64,000 nt of DNA from NCBI GenBank assembly GCA_976226885.1, contig OZ320317.1:36084001-36148000 (forward strand). Direction: 5' to 3'. The DNA is from Iphione sp. A-MEVVRFRX5 (taxonomy: Eukaryota). The position numbers were made by a program, and so were the translations under genes. Below are positions 46,440 through 59,756 of the stretch, one piece after another. The number at the start of each line of letters is the position of its first letter. Within the stretch, counting starts at the first letter, position 1. Below the pieces are notes generated by a model. The model searched no databases and was not told the DNA's origin. It worked only from the letters and a program-made list of their open reading frames with translations.

Positions 46440-46530
46440 ATGCCACCGCGTCCTCGATGAGTGTGACGTTGGCAAAGTGGGCTGTGTTGGGGATGCCCAG
46501 GCATCGCATGCCGTGAGCGTGGCGCCACTC
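46440..46530 (-). CDS. SF3A3: SF3A3 coding exon ([30 protein letters not shown])
   Basis: 91 nt, tag acceptor, gtaagt donor; near-identical to the recalled human peptide. Confidence 0.97.
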
Positions 46531-46838
46531 CTAGGAGAAGGGAAAAACCAGTTATTTATACTGTGGGGTTTTGTTAGGCATGTACCCAGTATATAAGATA
46601 CACTGTCAACACGTATCATAAGTATAGCTATAAAGAAAGTACGCTATGGGTTACATTATAGCAAGATAACATCTTCGCGGATAACAAGAAATCCGAAGAG
46701 CCCATGTTAATGTCTATATAAATCCAATACAAAAAGAAGGTAAGGCTATTAGTAGTTTCAAGTAATGTATTAAAAACTCCAATATAACATAACATCCGCA
46801 TAATTTTTCAAATATTATTTTTAAAGTAGAAAACTTAC

Positions 46839-46949
46839 CGCAAAGTGTCTCTGGAATGCTTTTGGACCTCTGTACGTGAAGTTGCCACATATTTCACAAC
46901 TGTAGCTGATATTGAGACCGTGTAGCTTGTATAACCAGTAGGGAATAGG
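46839..46949 (-). CDS. SF3A3: SF3A3 coding exon ([37 protein letters not shown]; matrin-type zinc finger)
   Basis: 111 nt, ttgcag acceptor, gtaagt donor. Confidence 0.97.
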
Positions 46950-48493
46950 CTGCAAGAGAGCAAACATGTTTCACGCTTTATTAAAGCTCATCTCCGCTGA
47001 TATACAACAATTATTAATGACGAGCATTTTAGCGAAGCTAGAGGGATTCAGTCTGGTTGGAGTAATCTTAGCTGAGGGAACTACCATAGGCACAAACCGA
47101 GTGAATGATACACCTATAGGCAGGTGAAAGCTGCAGGGTTGGTGGGTTTGACTACTGTGTGAAACTGTACATGTGTGTTTTGAGGCAGTTATCATTTGGT
47201 TCCCATGTTGAAGAGCTGTCTTTATTATATATATGTGTATGCAAAGTCAGATACAGTGTCAGAAATTACACATCGACTGGGATATGGCGGAGTGGGGGCA
47301 GTAAAAAAACTATGCTGTAAATATTCTGTCCGCCTCTCGCTCTCACCAACACTTCATCAGTCTGACCTGTGATGACGTATTATCACATTTAGATAACCTC
47401 ATGGTCCCAACCTCTTATTTTTTTCTAGTATCTATTCTCATGGTCCTTGTCACCAAACAGACCCTTCTTCTCATTATGCACCTATGCCACCAGTACTATC
47501 ATTCCAAGACTGCAACACTATCTATAACTGACCTTTTGTTCACCTACCCATCTAGCCTGGGTAGTGTTCCCATCACAGTTCACTGCTGTGACCTCTCACA
47601 TCTTCCCCGGGCCATTTCCTGACCAGCCTCATCTATGCCCACCCCCTCCCTCATTCCAGTCCCACGACCGCCAATACCTACCACCTCCTCACCTGTCACT
47701 TCCTGCTCTCAACCAAGCCTCTACCCTCTACTTCGAGTGGCATGATCCCCAGCATGCTCCTGCTCCAGCAGTCCTCATGTGCTGCTGACTAGCCTCACCC
47801 ATGCCCACTCCCTCTCATTCCTGTCCATTACCACCAGTACCTTCCTCTAAACCAGCAGCTGACTAGTGTCATCTACATAGCCGCTATTGTTTCTGTCCTT
47901 GACAACCATTACCCTCTTATTCACTTGCCAGTGGATTGACTTGCCTGTGCCCCTGCCCGCCCTCATCCCTGACCGCTATCACCTTTGCCCTCTCCAATAC
48001 CTCATACACATGCCTGGCTGTAAAACCAGTGAAGCAACAGAAGTAGCGTACCAAGGAAAAGGGAGACAGGTGTGGCAGTCTACCCCACTGTCAATGTCAA
48101 GTCATCACTTAAGGGAGGTTGGCGGGTAAAAATGTTAGCCCTCTACCCATCACTCTTTTTCTTTCAATGGCAACTTACATACTTGTTTGCTCATGCGGAC
48201 AGGGCACTATGCTAGTAAGGCTGCCAGGGAAAAAAGTGATGCATGCAGGGCTAAACATTTCACACATCAACATCCTTAAAGCTCGCACCCCTGGGCAACA
48301 CTACCTTAGAGGAGGCTCGTATCTGATGGCAAATTTCCAGGGCTGTGCAGTTGCAGACCAAGGGTCCTAGCTGCTGAACTGCATACAAATTGTAACGACT
48401 CTCCCAGCTTTGATGAGATGCTCTCTGTGGTATCTTACGGTGGCGCACAGCAAAAAAAATGCACAATATGATATGGCAGAACACTGAACCGAC

Positions 48494-48728
48494 CTTGCCA
48501 TCCCAACCCAGCGGGAGGTTCTTGGGGTTGTAAGGGATGTCATTATCTTCATCATCAGAGTCGTCGTCTGTGATATTGTCATCGTCTGACTCGTCTCGCT
48601 CCTCCCCGGTGCGTGCCTGCTTTCTTTGTACGTTATCACGGGTGGATGACCGTTGCTCACTGAGTAGCTCAGCAAAACGGTACACCTGTGCCTCTAGACT
48701 TGCTACCTCGTGGTTGCGCTCTGAATCT
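48494..48728 (-). CDS. SF3A3: SF3A3 coding exon (DSERNHEVASLEAQ...YNPKNLPLGWDGK)
   Basis: 235 nt, cag acceptor, gtcggt donor; RKQARTGEER and YNPKNLPLGWDGK conserved. Confidence 0.97.
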
Positions 48729-49066
48729 CTGCCAAGATAAATTGCACCAGTGATAGCCAAGAATGAAATGTTTTCTCAGAGAACTGCATCACGTTATTTT
48801 TTAATGAAACCAGTTTTTGTCTTTTCAAAGTAACTGATGCAACTATACTCATACAGAGCTGATAAATCTTGTTCACTTATGAAAAAAAGGGTGATATCAA
48901 TCCAAATATATGTAGTACCTAAAGGTTTACATAAACAAATTTTAATATGATAAAATAATAGATGTACCAGGCCGAAATAAAATGAGCGAATACTCCGCAT
49001 GATGGATCAGTACTGACAGGTACTTCCAATAGGAGACGGTGGCTTAAAAGAAAAGAATTCACTCAC

Positions 49067-49314
49067 TTGTTTCGGCCAGCTTTGCCAGGCTTTGACTTGG
49101 CAAACATGGATGGGTCGAGGTCTTCCAAACTCTTGCCCTTAGTGCTGAAGAGACGCTGTGCACGCTCTTGTAGTGATCCCCCACATTTCAGCCCAAGTGC
49201 CATCAAGGCGGACTTGAGTCGATCAAGTCCAAGGGAGGCCAGCTCCTCGGGGGATGAGAAGGCAGAGAGGTCCAGATGGGCGCCGGCATGTGTCAGTGCC
49301 CCGGATGCCTCTTT
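49067..49314 (-). CDS. SF3A3: SF3A3 coding exon ([21 protein letters not shown]...[12 protein letters not shown])
   Basis: 248 nt, cacag acceptor, gtgagt donor; includes the SAP-like [22 protein letters not shown]. Confidence 0.97.
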
Positions 49315-49346
49315 CTGTGAGGAATAAAAGTATGCACATGTAGTTA

Positions 49347-49520
49347 CAGTGTCCCCTCAGACTGCGATCACCTCTTTAATCAGACCATCTCCCTCACAAG
49401 ACCATCTTTATGAAACAGAATGACATACATATACATAAATATTCCTCTCTAAAAGACAACTCTCTATTCAGACCATATACGGTCAGAACCAATGGTGGTC
49501 GTGTTAACGAGGTGACATTG
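49347..49520. mobile_element. Small Tc1/mariner-type MITE (174 bp)
   Basis: TA flanks; imperfect TIRs CAGTGTCCCCTC / GAGGTGACATTG; internal AGACCA repeats. Confidence 0.55.
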
Positions 49521-49965
49521 TAGTATTTTTTTTTCATCTGAGGAAGCATGACTAGAAACATGACAACAATATTCTAAATGTCAGTTTTTGTTGTTGTTTG
49601 TGTTTTTTTTTTGGGGGGGGGGGAATCACACTTATTTCCTTCTTTTCTGGCATGTATTTAAAATTGCTTGTCGACAGAAATATCTTAGCGGAGAACAAGC
49701 TTGTCGTGGGGCAAAGTTCTAAGAGGGTAGTCCTAAACGTTTATGCAACGTAATGTTTAAAATCTTTCACGAGGGTTTCCAGGCAAAGAGAAACATTGTC
49801 ATGTCATAAGAAATTCAACTTTATCAGGCATTCCATTTGCCAATAAAAATTCTATCGACCACATTAGTTTCCTTTTGTTAGCGACTATGACCCCAAAGGG
49901 CAGCCGTTGCCATGCTATCTTTATGAGGAGTTGAGCTTATCATCACTGTTATCATCGGCACTGAC

Positions 49966-50104
49966 CGGCCAGCCTGGGAAGTTGCCTTCCTGCCACTGTC
50001 TGTCGAATTCACTGTGGACGACCTCCATCTCGCTGCACAGATCGAAGATGGGCTGAACACGCATCATGTAGGCCTCCAAGTACTCCAGCAGGTGTTCCAG
50101 GTAC
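49966..50104 (-). CDS. SF3A3: SF3A3 coding exon (YLEHLLEYLEAY...EGNFPGWP)
   Basis: 139 nt, aag acceptor, gtcagt donor. Confidence 0.95.
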
Positions 50105-50614
50105 CTTTTAACACAGGTGAGGAATGCATTGGTAATGATAAAAGTAACAAGTAGACCAAGAGGCACTAGGTTGGCCCTACAAAACGGCATTAGTTGCACG
50201 GTCAACAATAAAGGTTTTTCAAGGTCCTCATACCCGGGATGATCTAAAGCATGCCCTCTCATTGGATGAATGCCATATACCGGACCCTCCATAATGCAGA
50301 CGTGACCGTGATTCATAACAATTTAAGTAGGAACGAATGCTGAATAAACTGGTTCAACAGCTGGCCACGATGCGGACAAGGCGAGAGTCTTACACAGTTT
50401 AGCCAAGGTGGTGTCCTCAATGTGACTTTCACGTTTATTTTTTTGTCCACACCAAACTTTCATAGTACTGACTGTGATATTCAACCATAAATGTAGCGGT
50501 TCAACCTAGTCAAGAAAGCCATGATTATTATGGAAAATAAAATGTACAATGGATTTAAAATTAAATCACGTAAACTATATGCTATAAAGAGTAGAATATC
50601 CAGCGAAAACTTAC

Positions 50615-50697
50615 TCTTTGTAAGCTGCATTTTTCCGCTCTTTCGGAATGTCAAACAGCTGGTCAAAGATGGCGATGTAGGTGATGTAGTCCACTTT
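50615..50697 (-). CDS. SF3A3: SF3A3 coding exon (KVDYITYIAIFDQLFDIPKERKNAAYK)
   Basis: 83 nt, ttacag acceptor, gtaagt donor. Confidence 0.96.
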
Positions 50698-51015
50698 CTG
50701 TAATGAAAATATGGATATAAGCGCCAATAGTATATAAAACACTATAACATTTCAGGTTATTTTATTCACTGCAGTCACAATAAAAGTTCATCTTTTAAAA
50801 TCCAATGCAGCAAGTAAGTTTATTGTAGCTTAAGGTTAAAACGCCGAGTCGTGCCACTCATCTATACCGATACAGACTGATGCCTCAATTAAATTTCCAG
50901 CCAGAGAGTAACGTAAGGCTTTATTTTAGTGTATATTTATCCGGTACTGGTCCAACTCAAAGGAATTAATGTTTCACAAGTTGAAAAAAAGGCACTGATC
51001 TACACGTTCACTTAC

Positions 51016-51107
51016 GTCTACTCCTTTAAGATTGATGTATTTCTCGTAGCACTCATGAAGATCCAAGTATTTCCCATATCCTTCTTCATCGGTGAATTCA
51101 ACCATGT
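51016..51107 (-). CDS. SF3A3: SF3A3 coding exon (MVEFTDEEGYGKYLDLHECYEKYINLKGVD)
   Basis: 92 nt, aacag acceptor, gtaagt donor. Confidence 0.96.
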
Positions 51108-52230
51108 CTGTTAAACAACAAGACTTAAACTTTAATAAAATAGATAAATCTATCCACGTAAATCACCCGAATTGTATGACAGCCCAAGATATTCACTTAA
51201 CCCACTGTTTACACAATGTAAATTTAATGTGTATTCAACTCAGAATCAAGATCACCAGCAGGACCAGAGAATGTTGCCCGTAACTGTAACATGCTACATC
51301 AGTTGCTTATATTATAGAAATACACCAATGGGACAAGCTCAACCTGCCCTTCACCCTGAGTTGCCTTCCTATAAGAGTTGTCCATATGATGGGTCCCTAC
51401 CGTACACTATGTTGTCAAAATGATGGTTCAGAAGTTAAAGAACTGAAGTGCATACTATCTAGAAGATGTTACGATCATGCGCACAGGCAACAGCAGAAAG
51501 TAAGCTGACAACATTGACTTCTCCACCGACACTTTTTAATATTATGTACTTGACAAGTGCCACCCACAGATTATCCAGCAAGGGTACGTCGTGAACTGGG
51601 CCACAAAAAGTGAATTGCTCTTTAACCAAAACACAAATGAGACCCAGATTTAGCAGCTGAAATTTCTATATGTCTATAGTCTTCCTTCTACCCATTGACA
51701 CAAAGCAAACAGACAAATGGTCATCCTAGCCTAGCCTATCATACGTACCAGACCCACAACCTAGAAGATTCCACACGCTCTCTCGTTACTCTAACCCATG
51801 TAAAATAACCATAAAATTGGCAAGAACCATCTCAAGTAACTCTAGAAATCAGATTGCAGACTAATACCGCCCCGCTCGTTCTCAGGGGGGAAATGTCTCC
51901 CGGTACACAGTAAATCGTTTAGTAAAGGTTGTTAAAGCAGATGGGTTGTACCGATAGTCTGGGCATGGCTAAGGATTTACACGAACGCTGAAATACAGCG
52001 CGGCATCCCATCTTGCTCACGCCTCCTCTCCCCTTTCCTTCCATGTATATGACCTCTCTCTTGCTACATTCACTCACGAGACAGCACGGCCATGAATGAC
52101 ATGTTACCAGAAATTCCCCTGCTACTGTCCTACTGCATTCAAGACAAAGCTCAAGTGCAGTGATCGCACTGCTTAGCGGAGGCCTGCTCTATTCCTTCAG
52201 ATCTAGGACTTAGATATATTTCACCCAGAC

Positions 52231-52475
52231 NNNNNNNNNNNNNNNNNNNNNNNNNNNNNNNNNNNNNNNNNNNNNNNNNNNNNNNNNNNNNNNNNNNNNN
52301 NNNNNNNNNNNNNNNNNNNNNNNNNNNNNNNNNNNNNNNNNNNNNNNNNNNNNNNNNNNNNNNNNNNNNNNNNNNNNNNNNNNNNNNNNNNNNNNNNNNN
52401 NNNNNNNNNNNNNNNNNNNNNNNNNNNNNNNNNNNNNNNNNNNNNNNNNNNNNNNNNNNNNNNNNNNNNNNNNNN
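52231..52475. other. Assembly gap (245 N)
   Basis: Run of N. Confidence 1.
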
Positions 52476-52943
52476 TAGCGACAGAGAGGGAGTGTACTGG
52501 ATCCTGTGGAGTAGATACTGTACGAGGGCGCAGTAGAAAGGAAACACACACGCACACACATACATATACAGAGCAATTTCTCCATCTACCTCGTTCTGTC
52601 TCGTCTGTCTGTCTATCTGTTTGTCTCTTACTTGGCTATGATACAATAGAGCAATCGACAATAAACCATTTGTGGGGACATTTAATTGGGCTGTCGGAGT
52701 CAGGTGTCAAAACATCATTATGACGTTCACAACGGAACGTCTCTGTGATACATGGGATCTGTCAATTGTGAGCGTTCTACAAGAGGAACTTCCTCACCGT
52801 ATAAAGTGTCCTCCCACCTGTCCTGTGGCCTATAACGCAGGAAATATAAGAGTCCTCTCAGCTCAATATTTTATTTATGACTTTCATCACTAGAGTTCTG
52901 AGTAAAATTCATTACCAAAGACAACATTCAATACTGCACTTAC

Positions 52944-53016
52944 TCTGCATCTCTTCCGGCGGATTCTCACGTAACTTGGAAAGTTCTTCAAACTCAATAG
53001 ACATGGGGATGCTTAA
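52944..53016 (-). CDS. SF3A3: SF3A3 coding exon (LSIPMSIEFEELSKLRENPPEEMQ)
   Basis: 73 nt, tttcag acceptor, gtaagt donor. Confidence 0.95.
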
Positions 53017-53201
53017 CTGAAAGAGTATTTTTAATTGATAAAAAGAGCACAAAATGTATTGAGTCCATGCATTTCATAAGAGAGACGTATGAAACGAAAG
53101 CTAGATAGAATTACTACTTCCATACATACACTGCAGTGAAATCTATTTGATATCTACAGTTTCCTATTAAAACTATCCACTTTATATCCATATACAATAT
53201 A

Positions 53202-53377
53202 CAGTAAACCCTCGTTTCCCAAATGAAATTAAATTTCAGACAATATTGTTTGGTTAGGAGGTTTGTTCGGATATAAGCCACTGTATTGTATGAGAATAAG
53301 TCAAAATGTTCCCTTAAAATGTGTTCGCATATAGAGTAAATTTATATACTCAATGTTCGGTACGCAGGGTCCGACTG
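53202..53377. mobile_element. Small pogo/Tigger-type MITE (176 bp)
   Basis: TA flanks; imperfect TIRs CAGTAAACCCT / AGGGTCCGACTG. Confidence 0.45.
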
Positions 53378-53587
53378 TACTAACAGCTGCTGCTCACAAC
53401 CTTATGGACTATATAAACCATTGGTTGCCCAAGCAGGTACAACAGGTGTCGACCATTTTTCAATGAATATAAAGCCTTCATGATCCCGCATTGTACCTTA
53501 ATAATACATGTTCGTGTGCACTGTACATGCACTGCCTCTCTAACAATAAAAAACGTCTCTATAGATAGGCAATCATGCAAGTCTAAC

Positions 53588-53693
53588 CTCGTTTGGATGT
53601 TTCTTGTGAAACTCCCTGATGACTTTCAACCTGGAGTAGAATTCGGCAAATTCATTGGGCCCTGACAGGGCTGCCACCTCTTCCTTTCGCAAG
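53588..53693 (-). CDS. SF3A3: SF3A3 coding exon (LRKEEVAALSGPNEFAEFYSRLKVIREFHKKHPNE)
   Basis: 106 nt, ttttag acceptor, gttaga donor. Confidence 0.97.
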
Positions 53694-53925
53694 CTAAAAC
53701 ATTAAAGACAAAACATGATTCGATTCTGAACTAATTGAAAGTATGAGGCGGGATGCTGCAAAGTGGAGGCTATCTACCAAAGGGGGCATATAGTGTAGGA
53801 AGTATGTTTGTTAGGTGGAGGGGGACATAGGGTGGAGGGGTGAAGTAGTGGGCAGAGGCAGGGCAGTGGGGTAAGAGTTCGAGAGTTGTATTGTAGAGGG
53901 ACATCATGGGTACAGGGCAGTAATT

Positions 53926-54301
53926 GACCGTTCGCCGAAAAACGTCATTATGCGATAAAATGACGTTGTATACATTCGCGGTAAAAATAACGTCATTTTT
54001 ACTGTAAGTCTGCAGGAAAATTTTAGAGAGCCATACAATCGTCCATAATGGTCCTAGAGATACATGGTATGGCTCATTTTCTTCCTTAGATCTTCAGCTT
54101 TAATTTGATATAAATTTTATTAAAATCAGACAACTAGAACTTTGTGATTGGGGGTTGGAAAGACACCCCCTATCTTGATTTTTTAGCAGCAGCATATGAT
54201 AGCTGTCGTAGTCTGATCTGTATCTGTCGTAGGCTGTCTACCAGTTACTATGATTGTTGTGCTTAATTTTACGTCGTAATGACGTTTTTCGGCAAACGGT
54301 C
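53926..54301. mobile_element. MITE (376 bp) flanked by AATT, tentatively Sola-like
   Basis: TIRs GACCGTTCGCCGAAAAACGTCATTA / TAATGACGTTTTTCGGCAAACGGTC (25 bp, 1 mismatch); AATT on both sides. Confidence 0.7.
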
Positions 54302-54902
54302 AATTGGGCGGAGGTTTTTTTTCTTGGTATTATTTAAGGCGTTGGGATGGAGGTCTAGTTGTTAGTTGTGCCAGCTCTCTCACTGAATAAACAAGTCAAA
54401 TTTTACATGGAGTCAACTCTTTATTATGGCAGAGGCCAACAATACTCTTAACACAGGAAAGTTCTGTAATAGATCCCCCCAAATCCAATCACGTCAAAGA
54501 ATATTAGGTAAAAGCAACCCTGCTATCCATACGGAGGTCTTGGCCTTAGTGAAAACTCAATAACAGGAAATCTTATAAGCAAGACCTCTATTAATGCACT
54601 CATTTCTGATTTGGGACTAATCTTAAACCAAAATAAAAACTAAACTAAACACTATGGAGTCCGCCAAAATGACTATTAAACGTGTTAACAATTATCTGAT
54701 TCCACAGACGTCATGCCGACCTATTGCAAACGAGAAACAACCCCCCCCCCCCTTACACACATACGCACGCACACACACGCGCGTCATGTTGAGTCAAGAG
54801 AGTAATATTCGATTCTTCCTTCCAGTATGGTTTAACCCTTATGAATCTGTAGGTTAACTTTCTTTCACTCTGACAACAAGGACGAAAGAGCAAAGCACTC
54901 AC

Positions 54903-54955
54903 CCATCTTTGTCTTCATAGAGGTCACGCAGCTCTGATGAACATTCCATGTATCT
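54903..54955 (-). CDS. SF3A3: SF3A3 coding exon (RYMECSSELRDLYEDKDG)
   Basis: 53 nt, ttatag acceptor, gtgagt donor. Confidence 0.95.
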
Positions 54956-55116
54956 CTATAAGAGAAAGTGGTGAAGACCGCGTTATTAAAAAATATGTGA
55001 AAATTTTGTTTTGCTAACCACAAAATGGATGCATTATTCTTTCCAAGTGTTAAATGGAAGTCTTAATGACTACTGTAACTCTGTGTTGTATCGAAATAAC
55101 TGAGCAAATGGCTTAC

Positions 55117-55164
55117 GTCCAAGAGCTGCTTCAGTCTGTGGTCGGAATTTATCTGCTCTCTTTG
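55117..55164 (-). CDS. SF3A3: SF3A3 most 5' coding exon found (QREQINSDHRLKQLLD); ATG exon not located
   Basis: 48 nt, ttgcag acceptor, gtaagc donor. The 13 mapped exons total 1413 nt (470 aa plus stop), lacking about 32 N-terminal residues. Confidence 0.93.
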
Positions 55165-58100
55165 CTGCAAAACGACAAAATAACATGATGAGATCGTCTG
55201 GAAGAGTGAAGCAAGTCTAGGCATGTTCATGTGCTGAGTACAAGAAAGTGCCCTTCGGTGAAGAGGCACGTTCAAAACACACCACTGTGGCATACGCAGA
55301 AACAGACTGACTACAGGCAGAGAACGTGTACGCCGATAGCTTTTAGCACATCCTCGAAGACACTACCAAGCTGGCCTACGCGAAATAGAGGAGGTGGAGT
55401 TCCCTTAGTGACAGATTACACAGCTACTGGTTCTACCTAGTCCCCTCTTTTTCCCACGATGAGGATACTGGGGGTGGGGGTGGGGACAGGGCGAATATTT
55501 TTAGCAGCCTCTGGATTGATATATGAAATTATTAAATACGTATAAAAATAAACATGTTCATGGACATGGTGAGCCAGAGCCGTTGTGGAACACTAACATT
55601 CTACCTTCGGAATACGTATACATGTCCTAACTGAATTTCAACTATCACACTGGACGACTCGAGGCGCGGCTCGCCTTCCAGGGGAGACTCGGGATCTATG
55701 CTCCAAGTATGACTTTGTAAAGATAAAAGCCCCCCCCCCCCCCCGGGTGTAATAAACAAGGGGGGAGGGGCGGGGGCTATCTCTCATGATGAAAACACCG
55801 AAACTGGAATGAATGCCTTTTGCTCCAAAACAAGAGGTCTCGTGAGTCACAGTTTGTGTGTGTATAAAAGGGAAAGATCCAGTGAATTATTGCGGCTGTG
55901 ACTAGACCATGATATTTACACGACCACTATATTTACACCTCTACAATAATTTGGGTGGGGAGCTCAGTTGGTAGAGCACTGGTCCAGGGAATCTTGATCA
56001 TGACCAGACACATTTACTGTAGCCTGAACCCGGAATGGTCCACAAATAGTAAAAAAGAACCAACCAACCAAGAAGTGTCCCATTATATGCAGAGACAGTA
56101 AAAGATATATCGATCTGATGCTTTATATACATATGCCAGCCTCTGATTGATTTTTCTCCAACAGAATTGTGCTTCGATACAGTGTCCAATGAATGTATGA
56201 GGTATCAGATGTTATGTTTCTGTTCTATAATATTCCAAGTGCTGATTTTGTCATCTTATACTGTCACAGAAGGATAGATAAATATATATATGATGGATCC
56301 CTGTCAAACTAATACATAGACCTCTAATAAGTATATGAGCTAAGCAGTGAAATATGACCCTGACTTTAGGAAACTGCTGCACACAGGTGTATATCTGAGA
56401 GGTGATCACGTAATAATCAACCCACCCATAAGCCATTCAGTCGAAAAAATATAGATTGTGAAGTACAACCAATTTTCTGTTATGTTATAAGTACATGTAC
56501 TTTCATCTTAAGCATTATGGCCGCTGCAAAGTAATTCCAGTCGGTTCAGGTATTGTCCATCGATATTCCATGGGTTCACAGTCTTGTATCATATAATTAT
56601 CTACAATAAAAGGTTACAACCCCATTCCTACTCAATGTCCCTTTCAAAGTATGAATACTCCGCACAATGCCAACCAGTAGTTTCCTCTATGGCAAGCCCT
56701 GCAACTACTTCATGCACGTACTATTTGCGTATATCGAATGATTCGAGCAGGAGAGACGGTGAGCATGGATACACCAAGCAGGGATCCGCCCCTCTCGTCA
56801 CGTCACCTGGTATAGAGGGCTGACGGTCGCTTTAGCAGCGCGCAGACCAGTAAAATCTGTGTTCATCGGATTGCCATCATTGTTTCACTGAGTTACTTAA
56901 TATTACACTGAATATATTTTTGACCAGGTGGAACTACGGCAGAAAGACAGACAGACAAATAGGCATGCATGGGCCTGCCTGCCAAACAAAAAAAACTAAT
57001 ACAGCCTATAAATGACTGATTGGACAGTAAAATGCTCTCATTATACTCCAAGATGACAACAGTGAACAGAAATGATAATTAATTAATCCAAGATCAAAAG
57101 ATGTAAGTTTCCTGATGAGCCCGGAAGGGCAAAACCCTGATAAGCCCCAAACAGTTTCAATTCTACTCTTCAACACGGATTTGTTACATTCCATGTCCAA
57201 TACTCCCAAACCCATATAAAACATGTTTAAGAGAGGGACTTTCTCCTGTCAACTACTAGAGGGAGGGAATGGCCAAAGCAACACAACAGGAGGCATGACA
57301 ACAACATTCTTTGTGTCACTTCAGGGTAGCAATCTTGGTCTGAGGTGATGTTTCACCTCGTTTTCCGATGTCTTTTCATCAATTTGTGACCCCCCCCCCA
57401 GCCCCGGGAAAAAAAAGTGTAAAGTCTCAAATACAGCTAGTACTAGATATGAGCAGCGGATTAAATAACTCCGCTGGTGTGGGGCATATATACGTGTCTT
57501 AATGGTGACAATCTGTACGGACAGAGAGACTACCAGTCCAATATCACGAGGTATGGTGGACAAAACCGGCCGGCAGGACAGGCTGAGTTCGATGAACATT
57601 CACTTCTTGTTTGCTCGCCACCCGCAGCAATGGCGTCACGTAACAGAACCAAAGTTGGCAATTCTATTACCACATCCGAGACTTGCTGAGGGCTCCTTTT
57701 TATCCATCTTGTTGACTTCTCTTCCACATATACACCCAAAACATTTTTCCATCTTCTTTTCTATTACAAAGTAGTATTGGTGCTGATAGTACCCTCTTTT
57801 TGCCAAGTCATGTCAAAATTCTTTGCGACTACGAACCTTCTACTAAAAAAAAACCATGGACACAATCTCCGTATAAAAACATAACACACATTCCCTGTGT
57901 GTTATGACACATTTCTCGTTTTGTTGCTGTACATTTCTGTCCCACATCAAGCATCTTCCAGTAACTCCAAATATGTTGCACTTATTTTTTATTTCCTTCA
58001 TATTGAAACTTAAGGTCATGTCTTTCTCGGAGCAATCCTAGTGGTTAGAGATCTGGCATGTCCTCACGCGGATCTAGCCAACTTAAAAAAGGCAATTCAT

Positions 58101-58313
58101 AATGAAAATTAATACATCTGCATCACATGGTCAGAAATGCGTATACCATAAAAGCGTCCGTCTAGCCTTTGCTGTATGTGACTCTCACGGTGTCCAGATT
58201 TTACTACCTGCCAGTTTACCTACCTGTCCGCTGGTCGCCTGTGTCGGTGGGTATCTGACCGGCGATCTGTCTTATTCGCCATCTCCGTGTTTCTTTGTCT
58301 GTCTCCGACTCAC

Positions 58314-58760
58314 TTAGCACAGTGGGAGGCAAACAGGAACTCCCTCAAGTCATCTCCGGAGAATGAACCGAGGCTGGATTACTTTGTAAACCCCATCCGT
58401 CGGGAGAAAGGCAGCCAAGAGAACCTTCCCGTGTGATCCGCATTACAAGCCGCCGTCTGGGCGACTCGCTTAGATCAGCAGCGCTGCACTGGGAGCTTTC
58501 CCAAGGGCAGGGGCGAGTTCCTGGCTCCAGGCAGAGGAGAGCAGCTCGCCAGACGGAGTGTGCGAGAGAAAGAGAGTTACGTGATGCCCCAGTCTGATCA
58601 CGTTGAGAGTGCTCAGTATCGACCACCGGCCGTCTGTGGCGTGGCGGAGGCGGTACCGGCTACGGTGTTAGTGCGGTCGTCCTATTGGCTGTACTGGGTC
58701 GTTTACGGTTCAATGCAGCTATAGCCGACGGTTCTGGTCGCGAAGCCGTAGCATATTACG
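58314..58760 (-). promoter_or_regulatory. GC-rich promoter/first-exon-like segment oriented like SF3A3
   Basis: GC/CpG-rich, CCAAT on the minus strand (58688-58684), consensus donor GTGAGT at 58313-58308; no recognisable coding frame. Confidence 0.35.
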
Positions 58761-59756
58761 CACGAAAGCGCGAAGAACAGGTCTCATTGGGTAGTTTTAT
58801 ACATGCGTGACATAGCACGGACCGCCCGTATGTGTTACAGATCTCCATATTCACGGTACCAGTACGTGCTAATATTCCCATACTCTGAACACGAAAAAAA
58901 ACCCATTTAATGACGACCATGGTTATCGTGCAGTCAGGTGAATGGGGAATGACATCTACATTCTTTCGTCGTTTTTCATGGACGCCTCCCCTGTCTAGAT
59001 CTTTTCTGTGTGGTTGCTACTGGGCTCATTTCTCCTGTTTGACATGCACGCAATGTTCCCCAGATGCTTCACACACGTATTGGGCTATGGATCGACGCGG
59101 GGCACCTTCGTACAATAACTCCTATTTCGTGATGTCTTTGAATTACTCTTCCCTGTTATTACTACTTTATATGAATATATAATTAATATTTACACAGAGA
59201 AGTGTAAGAGGGGGTCTGCATTTCATGTTCGCATGAGATTTATTAAACAACATATTCACTCGTACGTTCTGCCCAAAATACCACATTGCTGAACTCCTTG
59301 GCTTCGAAGACATTCCCAATGCAATTTTAAGGTAATGCGCAAGTGCTACATCTTTTTCACAGTCTGTACCGTGTGGAAAATGCACGGTCAGTGCTCTGGG
59401 CTGTGCTAACGTTTCCAGCAGCGGTAAACCATCTTCCTTACACTTCTGATTCCCGCGACACTATTTAAGTACGCTACCTTATAGAACAGCACAGTATCAC
59501 TATCGTTCTTCTACATTCTCCGTAAGAAACGGGGCGATGCGATACTACCTTTTCGCTTCTCAAAACCACACTCAGTGTGATGTCATAATTCCTTAATTCC
59601 ACTTCAATATGCCAAGTGTCATGCTATTTTATCATAACAGTGACTTGAGGCATCTTTGTTTCATGCAGCCAAAAAGAGAATACGTCTAAGTTACACAGAT
59701 CATGTTATCTGTAACATTCATAGTCGACATGGTAGCTATGACGCCGGGGATGATAA

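Noticed and set aside
55953-55990. tRNA-like GGGGAGCTCAGTTGGTAGAGCAC
   Set aside because: Only a D-arm/A-box fragment, with no anticodon arm, T-arm or B-box; at most a SINE remnant.
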